A stretch of 25,457 nt of DNA from an uncultured archaeon. Its GTDB lineage: Archaea > Asgardarchaeota > Lokiarchaeia > Sigyniarchaeales > SOKP01. Position 1 is the first letter of the stretch. Every line of letters begins with the position of its first letter. The position numbers and the translations under genes were made by a program. Below the pieces are notes generated by a model. It was not told the origin of the DNA and did not search any database. It was given only the letters and a program-made list of their open reading frames with translations. This document shows, piece by piece, positions 1 to 7,902 of this stretch. The stretch spans positions 1 to 25,457 of the forward strand of contig CAZGJX010000021.1 in the NCBI GenBank assembly GCA_964525635.1. The letters run 5' to 3'.

Positions 1-561
1 CAAAAAAAGTGGATTCTCTCAAACCAGACGATGTAGTGTTATTTCAAGACGAGGCAAGTGTTCAATTTTCTCCAACAATCACGCGTACGTGGTCTCTCAA
101 AGGTCTGCAACCAGAGGTATTCACTTCAAGCAGTCGATTACGTCAACACCTCTTTGGTGCTGTAGACCCAAAAGTTGGAAGAGTACATGTGGCATTTTCT
201 GATACTTTGAAAACAGAGCAATTCCAACATTTTCTTGAAGGTCTTCTTTATAGATATAAGGATTCAGGAAAGATTCTTATGATCTTGGACAATGCTCGAA
301 TTCATCACGCATTATCTCTCCAACCTTTTCTAAAAGCTAATAAAGAAAAGCTTGAGTTTCTCTATTTACCTTCTTATTCTCCTGATCTGAATCCAATGGA
401 GTGGTTTTGGAAATTTTTACGCAAACGGGTAACCCATAATACATTTTTTGATTCCTATAAAAAATTCCAGAGAGCTATCACGAAATTTATCAGAAAATTC
501 AAAAGATCATCCATAGAAATTCAAACACGATGCAGTTATGAGAAATTACTTATGGCAATAT
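1..561 (+). mobile_element. IS630-family insertion sequence, right part (left end outside window)
   Basis: DDE transposase ORF ends at ...ATGGCAATA|TA. The stop codon overlaps a TA dinucleotide, the known IS630/Tc1 target. Sequence becomes abruptly very AT-rich after 563. The terminal inverted repeat cannot be verified without the left end. Confidence 0.75.
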
Positions 562-563
562 AA
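9..563 (+). CDS. IS630-family transposase, DDE catalytic domain (5'-partial or ORF B of a frameshifted gene)
   Basis: Motifs VLFQDEA, MILDNARIH and YLPSYSPDLNPMEWFW are diagnostic of DDE_3/IS630. The frame is open to the window edge and preceded by A7G at 2-9. Confidence 0.92.
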   Translation: MDSLKPDDVVLFQDEASVQFSPTITRTWSLKGLQPEVFTSSSRLRQHLFGAVDPKVGRVHVAFSDTLKTEQFQHFLEGLLYRYKDSGKILMILDNARIHHALSLQPFLKANKEKLEFLYLPSYSPDLNPMEWFWKFLRKRVTHNTFFDSYKKFQRAITKFIRKFKRSSIEIQTRCSYEKLLMAI

Positions 564-739
564 ATATATTATTATCTCAATTATTTGAATTATTTAAATA
601 TAAAAAGACTAAAAATCAAATATTCAGAATCAATTATAAAATAGTTATCAATTTATATCTATTTAAAAATTTGTTTTTTCTTTAAATACTTCCATCTTAT
701 TTTAGCCCTTAACCTTTAAAAAAGTATCTTGATGATAGC

Positions 740-1970
740 ATGGTCGTCGAATACACAAATATCATACCATTTGATACGCTCTTTTCCCCTACCACAAATC
801 AGTTCTTAAATCCCTTTGTAGATATCGTTGACACCGATATACGCAATAAAATGCGCCTTACCTTCGAGATCTCAGAAAGACAGCGAGAGAGAAAAATTAC
901 CCCGATTCTCCAGCTCGCAAGACCTCAAGATGCCAAGGCAATTGTTAATATTTATCTCGATATCTACAAAGGGATGTACCCCTATAAAGAGATGGAGGAT
1001 GTTTCAGAGGTTAAAAGGATGATTGAGAGCTCAGAATACCACTGAGTTTTGTTTAAACATCCCAAAACAGAGAAAACTCTTGGGTGCTTTACCTATCATT
1101 TGGATTTTAAAAACAAAAGGGGATACATGCGTGGATTTAACGTACCTCCAAGAGTTCAGGGAAAGCTTGACTCCATGAAGGCACTCATTGGAAGCATGAT
1201 CGGGATCTGGAGCGAGCTTAAGGATGAGATTTACGTGTGGTACAGCAAGAATAGGACTTCCCATACAAGCTCGCAGTATTTGGCAAATGTGTGCGGGATT
1301 AAGCCGATTGCGTTTTTGCCAAATAAGGATTTGTTTTTCGGAAAAGGGAAGTCTGATGTAATGCAAATTATTTATGATTCGAAGGCACTTAAAGAACTAA
1401 GGAGTACCATTACTCCGAAAATCATTCCTGCCTGAAGTAAAGGGATACTATAATTACTCGAACAATCGCTATAATTTAGGAAAAGTGGATTCATATCGAC
1501 CTTCCTTAGGATTAGATCTTAAGAAGGTTGAGCAGTTAAAAAAAGAGCTTAATGTCTCGGTTGAGAGATCAGAGTTTGGATATTATCATATCACTTTCTC
1601 TTTTGAGAACTCAATTGATCACTTTACATTCCTCTACACTCCACGAGTGCAGAACATCGAGAAGACGGAGTATGAAGTTAGCTCGTTGGAAGCTCTGGCG
1701 GTCTTTATTGGTAAATTTAAGGAGTTCATGTATCACCTTCGAGTGAGATATGCTGAAGTTATGGTCTCCGCCTACAAACCTGCTCACCAGCAGTTATTTT
1801 ACAATGCGGAATTACGCCCGAGAGGGTACATCCCAAGCTGGAAATATGATTCATTTTTAAACAGTTTTGAAGATTATTTAATGTTTAATTGGTTTAAGGG
1901 GAGAATTGAGAATATTAGATTAATTGATGAAGCAATTGAACTAAAAGGCAAATTAAACCTTGTTTCTTAA
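740..1970 (+). pseudogene. GNAT-fold acetyltransferase-like protein, disrupted by an in-frame TGA (1043-1045) and a 4-bp CCTG duplication frameshift (1427-1434)
   Basis: ORFs 740-1045 and 1049-1435 share a frame (EYH*VLFKHP). Removing one CCTG copy gives IIPEVKGYYNYSNNRYNLGKVDSYRP, which joins the 1485-1970 ORF. GNAT-like cues: LARPQDAKAIVNIY, RGYMRGFNVPPRVQGK, and the C-terminal YAEVMVSAYKPAHQQLFYNAELRPRGYIP. Confidence 0.8.
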
Positions 1971-2323
1971 AATATCATATTCCTTTCTTAAAACTAAACT
2001 TTTATTATCTTCAAGAAGTTCAAATTCGGTAATAAATAATTTAAAACTATTAAAGGATTTTTCATTATTTTATCTTAATTATATGCATAAGACTAAAAGT
2101 AAAAATATTCAAAATTTATTTTAACGAATTTTTCTTAATAGCGGAGATAAGGAACAAATAAATCTTTATTTTTTAAATTATTAGACAAGTTGATGCGATC
2201 TTTTTGAATTGATAGTTGTATAGGACCTTTTAATAACCATTAAATACTATTAATAAATAGAGATCATTAAATTGATAATATTTTTCAAACTTATTAATAA
2301 TATAATAATATTTTTCTCAAGAA

Positions 2324-4366
2324 CTATTGTATATTCTTAGCGAATGCCAAAAATCTTTGATATAAATCATCTGAATTAGCAATAATTCCAATTTTTTTTG
2401 AATGAAATTTGAAATTTCTCCTCCCAATTGGCGCCAAAATCCTGTAATTCGACATATATATCAAATTCTTTGCAGAAATTATCGTATTTAGTTTAAGATT
2501 TTTCTCGATTTCAGAATAATTTAAATTATCGGAAATTTTTTTCATATTATCTAATTTTATTTTACCTAGATCCCATGAATTAGATATATCATTAAGATCA
2601 GGAGTAATTAAAATGATTGAAAGCGAGGGTATATTTGCTAGAAATGAAGCTAAAACATTACCAACTCGTTTATCATTTAGATCATCTGTAATTATATGAA
2701 ATTGATCCTTATTTTCATCCATCATATCGAATAAAATATCTTCATGTTCAAAATTGTAAATTAAAGATATAGTAAAATAGTTATTTATTGATATGAGATA
2801 TTCTTTCAAAAGTCTTATTAGTTTTAGAGCATCTTCTATTTCACTATTTAATAAATAGTAATCCAGCATTTCTACTGATTTTTTTAATCGTAATACCAAT
2901 TTTTTTCGATTCGGGTTCAGTTCTTTAAAATAAATGGAATGGGCAACTTTCAGATATTTTTCCAATTCTTTTTTAAGCTCTAATGAATCTGGTAAGTAAT
3001 CGATAACAAATTGGGAGAAATCAACCGGACTACTTCCGCCCTCAATATATAACGTAGGAATAAGATCACTTTCATTATAATAATCATTACCAAAAAAGGA
3101 CATATTATTATAGAAAATTTTATTAAAATCTATAATGATAAAATTACTATCTATTTTTGTACTTGCTAAAGTAAAAACTACTCTTTTTTCATCAATCCTG
3201 TCTAAATTCTTTAACAATTCTTTTTTAAAATCTGAAAATTTTTTCTTTTTCTCTATATTTGGTATATCTTCAATTAGTCCCCAAATTAAAAATATTTTTA
3301 CGTTATTTTTTTTAGATTCTTTAATTATATTTTGAAGGAAATGGATATTATTTATATTCAATATATCTGAACAAATTAAAATATAGCTCGTAGATAATTT
3401 AGCGCATTTTAAAATTTCTTTTATTACTTCTGAGTTTTTAATAAAAAAATTGATTGAATTCACACTTTCTATGCGAGTAATTATATCATTAGCCTTATAA
3501 TTAAGAGTTTCAAGTTCATCTTCGAAAGAAAATAAATATTTTGCATTTTCTTTTTTATTTTGGATAATTGATTGAATTGAATCCAGTCTTTTATTTATAT
3601 CCTTAATTAGTTTATTATTAGTAATAATTCTTGGACTTCTAATGAATTTTGATAGATCTATTTCCTTTTCATCATTAAATTGTGAATTATATGCATTTTG
3701 CCAAGATTTCTGGACTGAAAGTGGAAAAACATCATAATCCAAATCAAAAAATTTATTTTCTTCCTTTGGAAGATAAATATACATTGAATCTCGATGAATA
3801 GGGTATAAAAAATTGATCTTTTCAACATCTTCAAAATCAGATTGAATCTTAGGACGAATACATTTTGTATATTTATTCAGAGAATAGTTTTTTAAATCTT
3901 GAAATGATTCAGACGGAGAAGCTTTTAGATTTATATAATTAGTTGTTTCTTTAGGGGGATTTCTTAAATAATCTTTAACAATATCTTCAATAAAAATCTC
4001 GCCACCTATTTTCTCTTGAATTATAGTCACAGGAAATTTGCTAACATTAGCTTCCACATTTAAATATTCATCAAGCCTATTATTTTCTACATAATCAAAA
4101 ATCTCATCACTAAGAGTGACAACGCCTCGATTTAAATCTAAGTTAATCAATTCTGCATAAAACATTTGAGCAAGAATATAATTCATGATATGAGCACCTA
4201 CATTAAAAGCTTTTAGTAAATTTACTAAAGAATTATCAATATAGATAAATTTCAAGATAAAGATTTCAAAATTCGATAATCTTCTGCTTTTTCTTATTAC
4301 AATTTCGCATTTTTCCATACGTATAGGTATTACTAAATAATTATTCATTTCTTCTATATTTTCCAA
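2324..4366 (-). CDS. mkoB: Mokosh type I MkoB-like protein: N-terminal wHTH-like region plus two PLD-fold domains with degenerate HKD motifs
   Basis: PLD-type strands YILICSDIL...KNNVKIFLIWG...KIDSNFIIIDFNKIFYNNMSF and FHIITDDL...LSIILITP...LNTIISAKNLIYMSNY. TTG start lies 1 nt after the kinase-helicase stop, with SD AGGTGA at 4376-4381. Name rests on layout and context. Confidence 0.65.
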   Translation of the reverse strand: MENIEEMNNYLVIPIRMEKCEIVIRKSRRLSNFEIFILKFIYIDNSLVNLLKAFNVGAHIMNYILAQMFYAELINLDLNRGVVTLSDEIFDYVENNRLDEYLNVEANVSKFPVTIIQEKIGGEIFIEDIVKDYLRNPPKETTNYINLKASPSESFQDLKNYSLNKYTKCIRPKIQSDFEDVEKINFLYPIHRDSMYIYLPKEENKFFDLDYDVFPLSVQKSWQNAYNSQFNDEKEIDLSKFIRSPRIITNNKLIKDINKRLDSIQSIIQNKKENAKYLFSFEDELETLNYKANDIITRIESVNSINFFIKNSEVIKEILKCAKLSTSYILICSDILNINNIHFLQNIIKESKKNNVKIFLIWGLIEDIPNIEKKKKFSDFKKELLKNLDRIDEKRVVFTLASTKIDSNFIIIDFNKIFYNNMSFFGNDYYNESDLIPTLYIEGGSSPVDFSQFVIDYLPDSLELKKELEKYLKVAHSIYFKELNPNRKKLVLRLKKSVEMLDYYLLNSEIEDALKLIRLLKEYLISINNYFTISLIYNFEHEDILFDMMDENKDQFHIITDDLNDKRVGNVLASFLANIPSLSIILITPDLNDISNSWDLGKIKLDNMKKISDNLNYSEIEKNLKLNTIISAKNLIYMSNYRILAPIGRRNFKFHSKKIGIIANSDDLYQRFLAFAKNIQ

Positions 4367-4367
4367 T

Positions 4368-7300
4368 TTAGTTATTCACCTGATCAAAATCAATTAATTT
4401 ACCATTCTCTCTAATAAATTCTGCAAATTTAACAAACTTGTCCATATAAGGATTTTTTTTATGATTAAGAACCATATCATAATTTCCAATAATAATTTCT
4501 ATTTTCTTGGCTCTTGAGAGCATAACATTTAATCTTTCTGAATCTAGAACAAAACCCCATGCGAGTTGTGCAATTTCTTTAGAATTACTTCTTACTAATG
4601 AAATAATAACTAGCTCGGCTTCTTGTCCTTGAAATCTATCAATAGTATAGCAAGATTCTTTAATATTTATTTCTGGTAGATTTTCGATTTTATTTGGGAG
4701 AATGATTTTCAATTTTTCCATTTGTTCCTTATAAGGTGTTAAAATCGCTATTTTAAAATCTGTATATTTTTTAGATATTTTAAATAATTTTAATAAATCT
4801 AGAATAAGCTTAGCCTCCCCTAAATTAAAAATATCAGTGCCCTTTCTTTCTTCATTAAATCTTCTATTTCTCTTTGTATTTATCCAAATTAACTGTTCAT
4901 TTTTAAATATACTTGGTTCTACTATAAAATCATCACTATCTAAAATCTTTTGATTAAATTCTTCTTCATAAAAAACACTTGAAATCATTTTACTAATTTT
5001 AGAAGGTAATCGATATTGGTCCATTAGTGTATCACATGATTTTCTTTTATCTGATGATTTATAAGATGGACTTATACTTTTAAATCTATTAAACATTGAT
5101 TGGAATATTTTTAATTCACTTAATACAAGTTTCTTAAAATTAAAATGTTCAGTTATATTAAATTCGTTATTATCTTTATTTTCTTGTTCAATCAAATCCA
5201 GCTTTTCATTTAAAATTCTTTCAATATCATTTAGACGGAAAGGAGGCAATTGATTCTGATCTCCAATTAAAATCCATTTATTTCCTAATTGTAATGGACG
5301 AAATAATTCTGAAGGATAAGTTTTTCCTGCTTCTTCAACAATTACTAAATCAAAATTTGGTGATGTGAACTCTAATTCTCTTAAATCATGTGCGGTACTG
5401 GTGCAAAAGATTAAATTAGCACTTTCCCTAATAATATCTACCCATTCTCTACTGGGTGCTATTATTTCTTCCTTTAATATTTCAGATATCGATATTTTAA
5501 GTTCATTATACTTCTCATTTTCAGGATTCCAATTTAATATATCATTTAGCATTTTAATTGTCATTTGTTTTGGAAAATGTTTAAAAGGTGTTGAATTTGG
5601 GGTATAATCCTTCTCTCTATCGGTACTAATTAGACGTACTAATATTGGTCTTGGATAAATTTCTAATTTTTGCGACATCTTAAATGTTTTATAAAGTAAA
5701 TCATCTAAAGCCGCATGCTCCTTACTTGATATTAAAATTCTTTTAAAAGGATCTTTACTAAGACTTAATTTTATCAGTTCCTTTGCGGTCCATGTTTTTC
5801 CGGTGCCTGGTGGACCTTGTAAAATAAAAATTGGAAATGTATAAAAAATAAATTTTACTATATCATTCTCTTTTTCTCCAAGAAAATATTGATGTGAGAC
5901 CGCGGGATTTAAGATGGCATCAATTAAATAAGAATATTGCTCAAGATTCTGGATTATTATATATTTCCTTCTTAATAGAAATAGTGTGGATCTTAAATCC
6001 CAAAATCTTAAAAATCCACTTAATGGAGGATCTTCATTTTTTCTAAGTTCCTGCAATTTAATAATGGTATTAGTATTATCTTTTTCATCAACTGTTTCAA
6101 TTATTTTCCACTTTCTCTTTCGTTTGAATTTCTCTCTTAATTCTGGATTATTAACCAATTCTACTGTTTTATGTTGGGAATTTCTTAATACATCTAAAAA
6201 AGATGTATACTCCGAATTATTATAGATATTGATAATGATAAATCTCTTTTGATCCTTTTGAACTTCAATATCTTTAGAGTCTTCTATAATCTCATATTCA
6301 AAAATATTTCTTTTTTCTATTTCTTCTTCCGCTTCAGTAATAAGTTTTAAAGCATTTAACCAATCAAGTTTTTCACGCTCATATTCAGAAGGTTTGAGAT
6401 CTAAAGTTCTTATTTGAGATAATGATTCTGCAAATTTTTGTTCCCAAACTCCAAAAGCTCGTTCTCTATTATCTAACCAATAAAATTCTCCTACCCCTAA
6501 TACTTTATGATCTGTCAAAAAGAAATCCCTTTCTTCTCTTTTATGAAGAATTGCTATTTCTGCAAGATTTCTATTATTATGAGCTCTCCTAAATTTATAT
6601 TTCGCATTTTTTCCAATAGTCCATAATGGCCACTGTCTATTATCTGTTAAAAATAAAGTACAATTGTGTAATTCATTAATAAGAAATTCATTAGGATCAT
6701 CCCTTAATCCTTGTATGTTAATATCGATTCTTCTTGCTATACTTCTTAAAAAAGAGCTATTAATATCTCTATGGAAATATATTGGCATTCTTGAATTAAA
6801 AGAAAATTTATAATTTATTTGCTTAACAAATTCTCTTATTGCTTGTGTAAGATCTTCAGTACTCTCATATCTATGTTCTGGATCAATTTCAATAGCTTTT
6901 AAGATAATCTTTTTTTCTTCTTCAATTCCTTCTGTAAATTGGATTTTTTCTCTTATGGATTCATATAGTTCAATTCTTTCAGTTAAATCAGATTTTAAAA
7001 AGATATCAATATTATCAAAGTCATAAACTAGAAATGCTAATACCAAACCAAAAGAAAAAATATCTGATCTAAAGGTTTCAATATCAAGACATTCAGGTGC
7101 TCTAAAAAAATGAAGATTATTTTGGATTATTTCCCGCGAAATTTCATTAGAGACAAAATTTGATATTGAAAAAAGGTATATACTCCAATTAAAATCACCT
7201 AGCTTGAGAAAATGGCTTTCACCTTCTCTGAAAGCATTTCCATTGAAATATACAGTATCTAATGATATATTCCTATGCAATAATCCTGCATTATGCAAGC

Positions 7301-7769
7301 ATCCTAAGCCTTCCGATAATTTTAAAATTCCCTCCCATATTTTTTTTTTTGAGAATTCTGCACTCCTTAATTTAAGAATAGAACTTACATCTTCATCATT
7401 ATCTTCAGTTAATAATAAATTTTTAAGACATCTACCTCCAGATTCAGTAACTAGAATAAAACATTTTTCTTCAGGATCATAGGCTCCATCAATTAATTTA
7501 ATAAGAGTTTTGCCTTCAAATATATTGAGTGCTCTTTGATTGAGAGAAATTTCATAATGCCAAAGATATTGAGCTAAATCTTGCATTTCTGGTTCTTCAT
7601 TAACAAATATTTTTTTAAGAATCACTTCTTGGTTAAATATAGTATCTTTGGCCTTATATTGTTTAATCTCAACCTTCCCAGCAAAAGGAATTACTCTATG
7701 GTCCGTTAATTCTTTTAAATCTTTATATCTAGATTTCCAAGTATCAAATTTATCTGACATTATCATCAA
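4368..7769 (-). CDS. mkoA: Mokosh type I MkoA-like Ser/Thr (pseudo)kinase fused to a UPF1/DNA2-like SF1B helicase (AAA_11/AAA_12)
   Basis: Kinase motifs: VILKK, LLHRNIS, LKLGDFNWS, FRAPE, SDIFSFG, PEHR. Helicase motifs: ILQGPPGTGKT, ILISSKEHAALD, LVIVEEAGK, LIGDQNQLPP, QYRL, AILTPYKEQ, TIDRFQGQEAELVIISLVRSN, RLNVMLSRAK. Confidence 0.88.
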   Translation of the reverse strand: MMIMSDKFDTWKSRYKDLKELTDHRVIPFAGKVEIKQYKAKDTIFNQEVILKKIFVNEEPEMQDLAQYLWHYEISLNQRALNIFEGKTLIKLIDGAYDPEEKCFILVTESGGRCLKNLLLTEDNDEDVSSILKLRSAEFSKKKIWEGILKLSEGLGCLHNAGLLHRNISLDTVYFNGNAFREGESHFLKLGDFNWSIYLFSISNFVSNEISREIIQNNLHFFRAPECLDIETFRSDIFSFGLVLAFLVYDFDNIDIFLKSDLTERIELYESIREKIQFTEGIEEEKKIILKAIEIDPEHRYESTEDLTQAIREFVKQINYKFSFNSRMPIYFHRDINSSFLRSIARRIDINIQGLRDDPNEFLINELHNCTLFLTDNRQWPLWTIGKNAKYKFRRAHNNRNLAEIAILHKREERDFFLTDHKVLGVGEFYWLDNRERAFGVWEQKFAESLSQIRTLDLKPSEYEREKLDWLNALKLITEAEEEIEKRNIFEYEIIEDSKDIEVQKDQKRFIIINIYNNSEYTSFLDVLRNSQHKTVELVNNPELREKFKRKRKWKIIETVDEKDNTNTIIKLQELRKNEDPPLSGFLRFWDLRSTLFLLRRKYIIIQNLEQYSYLIDAILNPAVSHQYFLGEKENDIVKFIFYTFPIFILQGPPGTGKTWTAKELIKLSLSKDPFKRILISSKEHAALDDLLYKTFKMSQKLEIYPRPILVRLISTDREKDYTPNSTPFKHFPKQMTIKMLNDILNWNPENEKYNELKISISEILKEEIIAPSREWVDIIRESANLIFCTSTAHDLRELEFTSPNFDLVIVEEAGKTYPSELFRPLQLGNKWILIGDQNQLPPFRLNDIERILNEKLDLIEQENKDNNEFNITEHFNFKKLVLSELKIFQSMFNRFKSISPSYKSSDKRKSCDTLMDQYRLPSKISKMISSVFYEEEFNQKILDSDDFIVEPSIFKNEQLIWINTKRNRRFNEERKGTDIFNLGEAKLILDLLKLFKISKKYTDFKIAILTPYKEQMEKLKIILPNKIENLPEINIKESCYTIDRFQGQEAELVIISLVRSNSKEIAQLAWGFVLDSERLNVMLSRAKKIEIIIGNYDMVLNHKKNPYMDKFVKFAEFIRENGKLIDFDQVNN

Positions 7770-7792
7770 ATATTAAATTTGATTTTGTCTTT

Positions 7793-7802
7793 TTATATAT
7801 AT
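7793..7802 (-). promoter_or_regulatory. Putative archaeal TATA box for the kinase-helicase/PLD pair
   Basis: TATATATAAA on the minus strand about 25-35 nt upstream of the ATGs at 7760-7769. The region is very AT-rich, so specificity is low. Confidence 0.35.
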
Positions 7803-7879
7803 TATTATATCGATACATTTAAAATTTCTTTATTTACATACAAATAGTTATAAAAATAAGTTTATAATCAATAAACATT

Positions 7880-7889
7880 AAAAAAAAAA
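7880..7889 (-). terminator. Putative archaeal oligo-T terminator after the nuclease-HerA gene
   Basis: A10 on the plus strand, i.e. T10 on the minus strand, 13 nt downstream of the stop at 7903. Confidence 0.45.
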
Positions 7890-7902
7890 GAATAATTTAA
7901 GA

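Noticed and set aside
1043-1045. In-frame TGA as selenocysteine or alternative-code readthrough
   Set aside because: The same gene also has a frameshift, the context (EYH*VLF) fits a TGG-to-TGA mutation rather than a redox motif, TGA ends other genes here, and I see no SECIS-like hairpin.
828-1746. Alternative-frame or antisense ORFs 828-1022, 1031-1366 and 1552-1746
   Set aside because: They overlap the GNAT-like pseudogene and have no recognisable motifs.
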